Source of the DNA: a virus
Taxonomy: Duplodnaviria; Caudoviricetes
Reading direction: 5' to 3' (one strand)
Length of the DNA stretch: 64,000 bases
IMG/VR virus record: IMGVR_UViG_3300031555_003626
Span: 32,001 to 96,000 of that record
Shown: piece after piece, positions 1 to 8,903 of the stretch
Numbering within the stretch: position 1 is the stretch's first letter
Layout of the letters: each line of letters begins with the position of its first letter
Notes under the pieces: generated by a model
What the model saw: the letters and a program-made list of their open reading frames with translations, nothing else
Database searches by the model: none
Told to the model about the DNA's origin: nothing
Position numbers and translations under genes: made by a program

Positions 1-693
1 CTTGTAAAAGCACTGGCAATAAAAAAATGCATGTTTAAAAAATTTGAAGATTATGACGGCTATTCATTTTATGCTGCGACTCGACTATTCTTAGCCTTAC
101 GTAAGAATTATTTAAATCAAGGTAAGATTATTAAAGGTAAACAAATTAGGCCGATAAAATCATGTTTAAACTATACTAAAGCTTTACTGTACCCAATGAA
201 AATTGAGTATCAGCGAGAAACTTTTAAAGAAATTATTGAGGAAGAATTTGTATCTAAAAAGTTTGATGCTTTTGCTTTTAAAGAACAATTAAAAAATGAT
301 GCGATAGATTCTTCTGAAATGGCTTCTCAACTTAGATTATATTTACAAGAAGCTATTAGTCAGCAAGGTAGATTACTAAATGAGCTTCTTAAAAAATCGC
401 CTTTTGGACCGTCAACTTCTGAGTATAAAAGTCTAAAAATATCTGTCTTACTAAACAGTATTAATATTTTACAAACGAAAAAGAAATTAGTCATAACCAG
501 CCAACAGAGTATTATTCTATGGCACTTACCCAAAAACATGACAAATTACGTAAAAATTTTAGTCAAAGAATTTTTTACAATGATAAAACTTGAAATTATG
601 AGTTGCTTTAAAGAAGCCTGCCCGACCGATGACACGCTAGAGGCTATTTTGCAAGCAAACTGGGAGGAGAACTACTGTGAAGAACAACACTAA
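1..693 (+). CDS. 5'-truncated protein, possibly a divergent RNA polymerase sigma factor (region-2-like)
   Basis: Frame is open from base 1 (LVKALAIKKCMFKKFEDYD...KSCLNYTKALLYPMKIEYQRE). The pattern loosely resembles sigma region 2. Confidence 0.3.
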   Translation, partial: LVKALAIKKCMFKKFEDYDGYSFYAATRLFLALRKNYLNQGKIIKGKQIRPIKSCLNYTKALLYPMKIEYQRETFKEIIEEEFVSKKFDAFAFKEQLKNDAIDSSEMASQLRLYLQEAISQQGRLLNELLKKSPFGPSTSEYKSLKISVLLNSINILQTKKKLVITSQQSIILWHLPKNMTNYVKILVKEFFTMIKLEIMSCFKEACPTDDTLEAILQANWEENYCEEQH

Positions 694-1069
694 AAAGGCT
701 TTAAATAATTTACACTTATCAGACATTTACTCTCTTATGCTTTTTGTACTTTTTAAGATACAAGAGATCCCAGAATACGCTGTAACTAGTGAGCTATGCT
801 ATCTATTAGACGGGGCAAACATGACTCGTCTACTTACTTACTTTGCTGGACGTACAGTTAAGTTTCCTACTGAGGCAGAGTTAGCGGTTGTAACCAACGC
901 TTTGCTAATGTATCAGTACATCAATCTGGACGGAGATACTTTTGTCGCGGCACAGAACAAGTTAGGAAAGCTTTCAAAAAAGGAACTGGATAAAGTGACT
1001 GAACTCTATATACAGCTATTACCCATTATGAAGCAATATAATATCGATAGGAGTCAGCTGCAAGGTTAA
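677..1069 (+). CDS. hypothetical protein, weak Mor/C-type activator resemblance
   Basis: ELCYLLDGANMTRLLTYFAGRTVKFPT resembles the Mor-family L..fGG..iyiP segment; GGAGG RBS upstream. Confidence 0.35.
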   Translation: MKNNTKKALNNLHLSDIYSLMLFVLFKIQEIPEYAVTSELCYLLDGANMTRLLTYFAGRTVKFPTEAELAVVTNALLMYQYINLDGDTFVAAQNKLGKLSKKELDKVTELYIQLLPIMKQYNIDRSQLQG

Positions 1070-1071
1070 TT

Positions 1072-1290
1072 ATGGCAAAATTTGATAGAAGTCAACGTAC
1101 ATTTGAAACACGTGTTTCCTTTATTAGAGATATTTTCACCAATAAATATGAACCAATAGAAATTATGGCACATTGTATTCAATATAAATTGGATAAATCG
1201 TATGAAGCTTATTTTAATGATATTTTAAAGAGTGTGTGGAGCTTAAACGGCAAAGACCCAATAAAAATTTTAAAACAAATAGATAAGTAA
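1072..1290 (+). CDS. hypothetical protein
   Basis: 72-aa ORF tightly packed in the operon. Confidence 0.6.
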   Translation: MAKFDRSQRTFETRVSFIRDIFTNKYEPIEIMAHCIQYKLDKSYEAYFNDILKSVWSLNGKDPIKILKQIDK

Positions 1291-1306
1291 TGAAAGGACA
1301 GTAAAT

Positions 1307-1636
1307 ATGGCAGCACAAACAAATATTGTAACAGACGTAAATAATCTACTAAGGTTACCTACTAAAGTATCGAACGAGCTAGTATCTAAAGCCTGTCTAT
1401 GTATCGGAAGTGCTATTAGTGAAGCTAAGGTAAAAGGCGAAACTCAGACTACTGTTAGTATAGGTATCGGTAGTCTGAGCGTAAATCTAGTAGACATGCA
1501 ATGTAAATTTGTTCCGGGGAAAGAACTAAAAACAGCAATTAAAAGAGCCCTTGATTCTCAGATCGACCCACTCGAACTTCTATTGGAACAAACTTTTTCG
1601 GATAAGTTATTAGCAATGTGTGAAGAGGTGCTTTAA
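1307..1636 (+). CDS. HU/IHF-fold protein lacking the beta-arm
   Basis: Two predicted helices, then KGETQTTVSIGIGSLSV and KFVPGKELKTAI, matching the HU G(E/D)xV...G.G.F and F.PGK.LK motifs. Confidence 0.5.
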   Translation: MAAQTNIVTDVNNLLRLPTKVSNELVSKACLCIGSAISEAKVKGETQTTVSIGIGSLSVNLVDMQCKFVPGKELKTAIKRALDSQIDPLELLLEQTFSDKLLAMCEEVL

Positions 1637-2214
1637 TGTTAGAAAAAACCAAAGATAATCAAAACCAGGAAAATGAAACCATTTCTGAAGAGACTTCTTT
1701 GGCGCCAATCCCTGAAACAAACCTAGCTGAAATACGGGCTAACTTGACCGCAGAGTCCCAAAGATTAGTTGGGGAGCTTACTTTTGAGCGAGACCGACAA
1801 AAGATGCAAGCTATAGAGCAGCAGTTTAATGACATTCAGCGGAAGAAGCAGTTGGCTCGTGTGAGTAAGCTAAGTGATGTGCAGGATATGCTTACAGATC
1901 AATTCTATCAGCGCATATCTCAGAGACCTGACGAGATTTCAAATAAAGAAATGCTTGATGGTATGAAGGTTGTCCAGGATTTAATGGAAAAGAATTTGAA
2001 GCAAGCAGAAACAATTGAGGAAATTCCACAGCTTATTCAAATTAACCAGACAGAGGTCAACGTTGGAAATAATCTTAACAGAGATTCGCGAGAAAGAGTT
2101 AAAAATGCGGTGCTCGGTATACTTGATAGTATCAACAAAGTTCAGGTAGCACCAATCGAGTCCGATATAGATACGACTGATTTTATTGTAGAAGAAGAGG
2201 AAGATAATGGTTAA
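1636..2214 (+). CDS. coiled-coil protein, possible terminase small subunit
   Basis: Helical core followed by QINQTEVNV, similar to TerS C-terminal beta motifs; not adjacent to TerL. Confidence 0.3.
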   Translation: MLEKTKDNQNQENETISEETSLAPIPETNLAEIRANLTAESQRLVGELTFERDRQKMQAIEQQFNDIQRKKQLARVSKLSDVQDMLTDQFYQRISQRPDEISNKEMLDGMKVVQDLMEKNLKQAETIEEIPQLIQINQTEVNVGNNLNRDSRERVKNAVLGILDSINKVQVAPIESDIDTTDFIVEEEEDNG

Positions 2215-2506
2215 AAACGACATAAAAAATATTTTAGCGCGACTTGAGATTGAGAGTACTGGTAGATATGAAAATAAGTTTTATATTATTCCAATAGAAA
2301 ATAGTGATGAGTATGCCAAGATGTACACTAAACTTAGCAAAAATGCGATTGATACTGAGTATCCTACTTTTGGTACAAATACTAATGATGCAACTGTTAA
2401 AATTGCAAACTACTTTGAGCTTGAAGAGGAGAATAATAAGTACTTACTATTTTTGATTGCGGATTTTCAAAAGGATGAATACTACCTTAAGATTGGAGAC
2501 GTATAA
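2207..2506 (+). CDS. hypothetical protein
   Basis: ORF overlapping its neighbours; GAGG RBS. Confidence 0.65.
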   Translation: MVKNDIKNILARLEIESTGRYENKFYIIPIENSDEYAKMYTKLSKNAIDTEYPTFGTNTNDATVKIANYFELEEENNKYLLFLIADFQKDEYYLKIGDV

Positions 2507-2865
2507 TGATTTTTGAGTACTCAGCTCAACGAACTTTTAATGACTCAATTGATGTGGTAGATATCGGCAATACTGCTTTGAGATGCACTAATGTAAAATT
2601 AGATGATTATTACATTATCTTAAAAACAATTATGGGTAAAACTTCTATTATTAAGTTCGGCCCCGTTTGCCCGGATATTGAAGTTTTAATAAATGACTTT
2701 GCAGTTACCTATAAAAAGATGGATTACAAAGAAGCAGGTATCTGCAAAGAAATTGATAAGTTTATAAATGATTTTAGAAAAGAAATTAACTCAATAGAAG
2801 AAATAACAGAGTATGAAGCGTGGCAAGCTTTTCCTGCTGTGCAGCAATACTTTGAAAATGCTTAA
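2506..2865 (+). CDS. hypothetical protein
   Basis: TAATG coupling; GGAG RBS. Confidence 0.65.
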   Translation: MIFEYSAQRTFNDSIDVVDIGNTALRCTNVKLDDYYIILKTIMGKTSIIKFGPVCPDIEVLINDFAVTYKKMDYKEAGICKEIDKFINDFRKEINSIEEITEYEAWQAFPAVQQYFENA

Positions 2866-2874
2866 GGAGATATT

Positions 2875-3240
2875 ATGGCAAAGAAAGACGTACAGCAGTA
2901 TTTCTTTAATATGCTCGCGCAGTATCTTGAAGAAAAACAAAATTTAGCCGACTTTGAAGAAGCACTTAAAGACGGTCACATAACACAAGAACAAATGCAA
3001 GAAGCTCTTGATAATGTGGCTAACCTTGAAACTAATTATTATAGGCTAACTTATATCATGTATCTTTTAGACCTGCCCAATCGCAAGTCTAAGAAAACAT
3101 GCTATATAAAACAACATAAAGCAATCTTAGAAGAACTTAAAAAGCTTGGAGCAGATATTGACTCTATTAAAGAAGAAAATTCTGATGCGCTCATTCATTT
3201 TAAGACTGCTCTAAAAGCACTTAGAAAGGCAGGCGAGTAA
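2875..3240 (+). CDS. hypothetical protein
   Basis: AAGGAG RBS, followed by a hairpin. Confidence 0.65.
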   Translation: MAKKDVQQYFFNMLAQYLEEKQNLADFEEALKDGHITQEQMQEALDNVANLETNYYRLTYIMYLLDLPNRKSKKTCYIKQHKAILEELKKLGADIDSIKEENSDALIHFKTALKALRKAGE

Positions 3241-3256
3241 TAAAAGCTCGCCTTTC
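3231..3256 (+). terminator. putative intrinsic terminator
   Basis: AGGCGAG/CTCGCCT stem with a short T tract. Confidence 0.45.
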
Positions 3257-3303
3257 AAAAAACCATTAAATTAATAATTTAATAAATTAATAATTTACTA
3301 TTT

Positions 3304-3312
3304 GCTAAATTT
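3304..3312 (+). promoter_or_regulatory. putative late promoter (GCTAAATT variant)
   Basis: Recurrent intergenic motif, upstream of the PDF-like gene. Confidence 0.5.
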
Positions 3313-3340
3313 AATATATAACAGAAAGCGAGATTTAAAA

Positions 3341-4120
3341 ATGGAATCGATTATTTATGATATTGATACCCTATCTATTCCCTCTGAGCCTCTTACTTTT
3401 CTAACCGAGCAAGGCGCTAAGACTGAGGAAGGTGAAGAGATTATCAAAAAGATTAAGGAAGTTATGGAGGCAAATCCAGAGCTTCTAGCACTGTCTGCCC
3501 CGCAAATTGGTATTAGTAAGCGTATTTTCTGCCTACGTTTTAATGATCAGATTAAGACGTTTATTAATCCTATTATTACGAAGAAAAAGGGTCTTAATAT
3601 TGTTATAGAGACCTGCGCTTCTATGCCGGGCAAAGAGATTGTAATTGGTAGACCAGAAGAAATTACAGTAGTTTATTACAACGACAAGTTTGAGTATGAA
3701 GATAATAAACTTATTGGTATTGCTGCAAGTATGTTTGATCAGCAAGCACAAGTTCTTGATGGAGTGCTCCCTAGTGAACTTGGTCTTGTTTCTGACGTAG
3801 AAGAAGACGGCAAGATCGAAGAAGATGATTTAGTAGACATTATTCCTTTTTACAAGAATACATTTTTACCTACAAGAATGGCGGCATTAAGTGAAACTAT
3901 TTCTTCTGATGAAGAAGCTAAGAAATACTTCAAGCAACTAAAGTTTACTGAAGGTGTTATCAATGGTCGTAATGCTATCATAGAGCCTGAGGAAGAAACC
4001 GCTAAACGTGCTAAAGCTAAGAGGTCTGCAAATAGAGCCGTTCTTAATGCGGGTAAGGCAGAAGCTCTACACCAAAAAGCAGAATTTAAAAACTTTGTAC
4101 AAAGAGTTAGTAAAAAATAA
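3341..4120 (+). CDS. peptide deformylase homologue with degenerate active site and C-terminal extension
   Basis: LALSAPQIG, FINP and ETCAS correspond to the PDF motifs GxGLAAxQ and EGCLS. HExxH is replaced by DQQAQVLDG. Confidence 0.75.
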   Translation: MESIIYDIDTLSIPSEPLTFLTEQGAKTEEGEEIIKKIKEVMEANPELLALSAPQIGISKRIFCLRFNDQIKTFINPIITKKKGLNIVIETCASMPGKEIVIGRPEEITVVYYNDKFEYEDNKLIGIAASMFDQQAQVLDGVLPSELGLVSDVEEDGKIEEDDLVDIIPFYKNTFLPTRMAALSETISSDEEAKKYFKQLKFTEGVINGRNAIIEPEEETAKRAKAKRSANRAVLNAGKAEALHQKAEFKNFVQRVSKK

Positions 4121-4131
4121 TGGAGGCTATT

Positions 4132-4290
4132 ATGGCTAAAAAGATGATAAGCCTTGAAATATCTGATGAATTAAGAGAAGCTCTAAGAGTGGAAGCTTTT
4201 AAGCGCTCACTTAGTATCTCAGCTCTAATTAGACAGCTTCTCGAGGCTCAGGTATTAAATAAGGATGAAAGCAGTGATGGACAAAACTAA
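4132..4290 (+). CDS. ribbon-helix-helix (CopG-like) DNA-binding protein, not in ORF track
   Basis: GGAGG RBS; MAKKMISLEISDELREALRVEAFKRSLSISALIRQLLE (52 aa). Confidence 0.75.
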   Translation: MAKKMISLEISDELREALRVEAFKRSLSISALIRQLLEAQVLNKDESSDGQN

Positions 4291-6112
4291 TAAAATACTA
4301 GTAATAACAGAGTCACCGCATAAGGCAAAAGTAATTACTAAAATACTTAAAGATGCAGGATATACTAATGCCAGGGTAATAGCTAGTATTGGCCACATAC
4401 TAACTTTAGCCGATGGCAACAGAAAAGCCTTTAATTCAGGAATATACCCAGACGACAACTTTAGAATGAATTTAAAAATCGCTGAAGATAAGCATAAAGT
4501 TGTTGATGAAATAAAAACACAAGTAAATTGGGCAGAAAAAGTTTACGTCGCTGCTGACAATGATCGCGCGGGAAGTTTTATTTCATGGAGTTTACTTGAA
4601 TACGCTAAAATACCACGAAATAAAGCAGCTAGAATGGTAATGCACGAAATTACACCGAAAGCTGTTTTATATGCGCTTGAACACCCAGTTGAATTTGATA
4701 TGGCAATGGTAGACGCAGAAAAAGCAAGGCAGTGTACAGATAAGCTGCTTGGCTTCTCGCTGAGCCCTGAAGCTAAAAAGCATATCGGGGCAAAATCAGT
4801 AGGGCGTTGTCAATCTGTCGGACTTATGCTAGTGGCAGACAGAGAGAATGAAATACTAGATTTTATACCTGAAAAATATTTTAACCTTTATTTGAATTTT
4901 ACTAAAAACAGTAAAGATTTTAAAGCTAAGTACATTGGTTATAAAAATGAAAAATATGATAAGATTAAAGATGTCTTAGAAATAAAAACAATACAGTATA
5001 ATTGCCAACATGATAATTATATAATAGAAGACGTTTCTCAAACAAAACGAAATGAAAGTCCAAAGCCACCTTTTTGTACAGCAACTTTCCAGCAAGAAGC
5101 TTCATCAAGGCTTGGGCTAAAAGTAAAAGATGCAATGAGTATTGCGCAAAAACTTTATGAGGCAGGAAAAATTTCGTATATGCGCACAGACGACACTGAT
5201 ATGTCACCAGAGTTTTTAGAAGATCTCAAAGCTTATGTAGAGTCTGCCTACGGCAAAACAAAATATAAAGGCTTAAGAGCGAAAAAGGCTATTGGTGCTA
5301 TTACTCAAAATGGTCACGAGTGCTTACGTATTACCGACCCTGCCTTGACACCGGAAATCTTCGCACAAAAAGAAACAAATAACTTGGCCGTAAAAGTATA
5401 TACTCTAATATGGCAAAGAACGATTGCTTCCGTTATGCCAAATGCAATATATTCTGAAACAACTAATACTATAAACAATAACGACCATAAGTTTGTGCTG
5501 GTTGAAAAAGTATTAGTAGAACCTGGCTTTAGAACGATTTATTCCTACAGAGACGATGCTGATGAAGTTATTACAGAAACTTTTAAAGTCGGTGAAGTAT
5601 TAGAAAACACTAAACTCGAAGAAGTTGCTCGAGAAACCACACCTCCTGCACGCTTTACGGAAGCTTCTTTAGTAAAAGAGCTTCAGCGCCTTAATGTGGG
5701 TCGCCCCAGTACATTTTCGACAATAGTAGAAACTATCTTAAGTCCAACTAGAGGCTATGCAGACTTAGAAGATAGACAAATAGTACCAACAAGTAGAGGA
5801 CTTCAATTAGCTGCATATTGTAAACGAGCTTTTCCAAAACTAATTAACTTAAATTATACTAGATCTATGGAAGAACAGTTAGATAAAATTGCTTCTGGTG
5901 AGCTTAATTGGCTTGAGTACATGAATAGCTTTTATAAAGATTTAATTGAAACTATTGAGGCTAATCAAGAAACGGGCTTAGCAGATGAGGTCGAAGAAAA
6001 ACTTTGTCCAAAATGCGAGAGCCCGATGATTGTACGTCGTAGTCGCTTTGGTAAGCTTTTCTATGGCTGCTCCAAATATCCAAAATGTAATGGAATTATT
6101 AGTATTGATTGA
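4277..6112 (+). CDS. topA: DNA topoisomerase IA
   Basis: TESPHKAK, GHI, DNDRAG, SVGRCQS, AQKLYE, catalytic SYMRTD, GRPSTF and a C-terminal CPKC...GCSKYPKC zinc ribbon. Confidence 0.93.
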   Translation: MDKTNKILVITESPHKAKVITKILKDAGYTNARVIASIGHILTLADGNRKAFNSGIYPDDNFRMNLKIAEDKHKVVDEIKTQVNWAEKVYVAADNDRAGSFISWSLLEYAKIPRNKAARMVMHEITPKAVLYALEHPVEFDMAMVDAEKARQCTDKLLGFSLSPEAKKHIGAKSVGRCQSVGLMLVADRENEILDFIPEKYFNLYLNFTKNSKDFKAKYIGYKNEKYDKIKDVLEIKTIQYNCQHDNYIIEDVSQTKRNESPKPPFCTATFQQEASSRLGLKVKDAMSIAQKLYEAGKISYMRTDDTDMSPEFLEDLKAYVESAYGKTKYKGLRAKKAIGAITQNGHECLRITDPALTPEIFAQKETNNLAVKVYTLIWQRTIASVMPNAIYSETTNTINNNDHKFVLVEKVLVEPGFRTIYSYRDDADEVITETFKVGEVLENTKLEEVARETTPPARFTEASLVKELQRLNVGRPSTFSTIVETILSPTRGYADLEDRQIVPTSRGLQLAAYCKRAFPKLINLNYTRSMEEQLDKIASGELNWLEYMNSFYKDLIETIEANQETGLADEVEEKLCPKCESPMIVRRSRFGKLFYGCSKYPKCNGIISID

Positions 6113-6142
6113 TAAATTAAAGTGGTTAAGCTGTTTTAATTT

Positions 6143-6151
6143 GCTAAATTA
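6143..6151 (+). promoter_or_regulatory. putative late promoter GCTAAATTA
   Basis: Heads the 6191-12366 operon. Confidence 0.6.
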
Positions 6152-6190
6152 ATTGATTAAAAAAATTAAAATAAAGGAGATTAACTTTTA

Positions 6191-7222
6191 ATGCCTAAGA
6201 TTTTTACAACGCCAGAAGCCGAAGCAAAAGCTAGAAGGCAAATGCGTTATATATTAATAGCGGGTGGCTTAAGAAGTAAGGACCCTAATGAAGACCTTCC
6301 TTATAACTTTCAGCGCAGCCAATATTTAGACAGTGCTAAAAAAGTTTGTGATGAGCTTGTAAACAGAGACTTTACAGATATTGATAGCGAGCTTAATACC
6401 TTGCACTATTATGCACCGGTCAGTCGAGGTGAAGCACGTTTTAAAGCTGAGGGCTTCGCTAAAGCTATTGTTTATATGGCAGAGTTACTTGGACTATACT
6501 GGGATGATACTCTTAAAACACCTTATGAAATTGAAGAATTTAAAAAGACTAAACTAGGAGAGGCCGTATATAAGTATGGTAGATATATTTCGGCTGTTCA
6601 GGATAAGCCTGCAAGAGCTTCAAGAAGCGCTTCAAGTGCTTCAGCTGGAGGCAGCAATACAACAACAGCCCAAGCGCCACAAAACGGTTATAAGTCTTCT
6701 GGCGCACAGTCAGGTAATGTAAGAGACTTGCGCGCTCTTGATGGTGTGAGCGCTGGAGTTCCTGGTCAGAAAGTTACTGCGGGTGGAACGTTTATTTTTA
6801 GAATTGTCGGAGATAACCCACAGTCTAAGAACACTCCAAATGTATTTATTAAGCCCCTAAGCGCTTCTGGTGCTACCGGAAATACTAATAAGGTTTTCTT
6901 CAGCAGCGGCAATGGTTATACAGACTGCACTTGTTATTTTGATGATCAAAACGATGCTCAAGATTTCTTAGATAAGATGATTGCAGCAAATAGAATTCCT
7001 GCGAATGTCAGTAATCCGAGAGTAGTTAAGCGTAATGCGGATCCTAATGGATACTTCTTGGCTGGAACAGAATTCGGTGTTTGTGCAATAAGTGCTAAGA
7101 CTTTAAATGAAGCTTTAAATGAGACTTTAACAGAAGACACTACAGGCAGCTGGGAAAAAGCTACTGAAAGCTACACCAAAGAAGAACTTGAAGAACTTCA
7201 CACTTGGATGAGAAGAGATTAA
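6191..7222 (+). CDS. hypothetical protein, possible internal head protein
   Basis: AAGGAG RBS; Ser/Ala linker; C-terminal LNEALNETLTED cluster. Confidence 0.7.
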   Translation: MPKIFTTPEAEAKARRQMRYILIAGGLRSKDPNEDLPYNFQRSQYLDSAKKVCDELVNRDFTDIDSELNTLHYYAPVSRGEARFKAEGFAKAIVYMAELLGLYWDDTLKTPYEIEEFKKTKLGEAVYKYGRYISAVQDKPARASRSASSASAGGSNTTTAQAPQNGYKSSGAQSGNVRDLRALDGVSAGVPGQKVTAGGTFIFRIVGDNPQSKNTPNVFIKPLSASGATGNTNKVFFSSGNGYTDCTCYFDDQNDAQDFLDKMIAANRIPANVSNPRVVKRNADPNGYFLAGTEFGVCAISAKTLNEALNETLTEDTTGSWEKATESYTKEELEELHTWMRRD

Positions 7223-7238
7223 TTAGGAGGAAATACCC

Positions 7239-8879
7239 GTGAAAATAAATAAAATTATTACAGAGTCGGTAAAAAAAGCTTATATCGATCAATCTGGCAG
7301 TTTAGCATCAGTCAAAGATAAGCTTACTGCAAAAGCTAATGCAGACGGCTGCACAGACATTTATTATTTTGATGATCTTAAATTTGCTGAGCCGCTAAAA
7401 GCTGCTAAAGCCGGAGAAGATATTGTTGTGTATACAGATGAAGATTGCCAAGCCAACTGTCCAGAGCTTGCAACATTTAAAAATGTTACCATTCATGATA
7501 TAACTAGTGAATTTAAAAATGAGTCTCTTACTGAAGCGGAAGATACTGCAGATGAAGATATTGCAATTGATGACATTTTAGATGCGTCTGTTAGTGAGAT
7601 TGCTGATGCAGTTCAAGACGCTGCAGAGGAAGCTTCTGATGGTAAAGAGACTTACTCAGATGCGAAAGCACAAAAAATTGCTACCGAGCTAAAGACTGCT
7701 GCAAAAGGCTTTGATGCTGCTGCTTGGGCTCCTCTTGATGTACAAAGTGAACTTACTGATAAACTTGATGATTGTCTATCCAATGCCATGGTTGGTCATC
7801 ATATGGGCACACATGATGGTGTAGACCTTCTTGTTTGTGGATTACCTGGCTCAGGTAAGACAGGTATTACTAAACAGTGGGCAAAAGATAGAGGAGTAAA
7901 TCTTTTCTACCTTAATGCTAAGAATGATGACCTTGGCGCAATTCTTAACGGCTTCCCTGTAAATGTCGAAGAAGAAGATGAAGAACTTGGTAAAGTACAA
8001 CGAGTAGTTCGTTCGTATTCTAAGTCTTTGGATGCGCTCGATAGAAAAAATTCAGTATTATTCTTAGATGAGTTTAATAGAGCACCGTCTAAACTTCGTG
8101 CAGTTCTTCTTTCGCTTATTAATGAGCACGTAGTAGACGGTCCAGGTGAAGACGGTTTTAGACATTTCGATGAGCTTCTCTTCACAGTAGCCTGCATTAA
8201 CCCATCTGTTCCGACTGACCCCGGTGCTATGGACCTAAACGATGCAGAAATGTCTCGTTTTGTAGATACTTTGGACTGGGATTCTAACGTACCAGACGCA
8301 ATTAAATATATTAGATTTCATCTTAAAAAGATAATTGAGACGCTTGACTCTAAAGATGAACATTATAATTTCTTGTATGTTCGTTATAATAAAATTTTAA
8401 ATCTGGCTGAAGCACTCCTCACCTCCACCAACCCATTGTTTGAGTTTGACGACAGAGATGACCTTCTTGACTTGTTTAATGACCATGCTAAGATGCTTAA
8501 CCAGCGTTCAATTACAGATGCTCTTATGTCTCATGGCTATAGTAAAGAGAAATTTCTAAATTGGGTTGATAACTACTCAAAGTTCCTTGATAAAAACAAG
8601 GAAATGATTCACAATATTCTTGATAGCTGGGTTGAGCCTGAAGTAGTAGTACCCGGAGCGAACGGTGCACCTGCAACGCAGGCTACTGAGGCTCCTGCAG
8701 AAGATGCTGATAATCAAACTCCAGCAGATTCCGATGATTTTGATAGCGTTTTTGGTACAGAAGGTGAAGAGATCGATAGTGATTTATTTGGCAGTACCGC
8801 TTCTAACGCAGGTAAGGCTGCAAGAGTTAGCGCAGCTGATGCACTTAATCGTATAAAGGCTTTTGATTTCTCGCTCTAA
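7239..8879 (+). CDS. MoxR-like AAA+ ATPase
   Basis: Walker A GLPGSGKT, Walker B LFLDEFNRA, ACINP, AEMSRF; acidic N- and C-terminal extensions. Confidence 0.85.
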   Translation: MKINKIITESVKKAYIDQSGSLASVKDKLTAKANADGCTDIYYFDDLKFAEPLKAAKAGEDIVVYTDEDCQANCPELATFKNVTIHDITSEFKNESLTEAEDTADEDIAIDDILDASVSEIADAVQDAAEEASDGKETYSDAKAQKIATELKTAAKGFDAAAWAPLDVQSELTDKLDDCLSNAMVGHHMGTHDGVDLLVCGLPGSGKTGITKQWAKDRGVNLFYLNAKNDDLGAILNGFPVNVEEEDEELGKVQRVVRSYSKSLDALDRKNSVLFLDEFNRAPSKLRAVLLSLINEHVVDGPGEDGFRHFDELLFTVACINPSVPTDPGAMDLNDAEMSRFVDTLDWDSNVPDAIKYIRFHLKKIIETLDSKDEHYNFLYVRYNKILNLAEALLTSTNPLFEFDDRDDLLDLFNDHAKMLNQRSITDALMSHGYSKEKFLNWVDNYSKFLDKNKEMIHNILDSWVEPEVVVPGANGAPATQATEAPAEDADNQTPADSDDFDSVFGTEGEEIDSDLFGSTASNAGKAARVSAADALNRIKAFDFSL

Positions 8880-8903
8880 TCATGAGCTAAAGGAGATTTG
8901 ACT

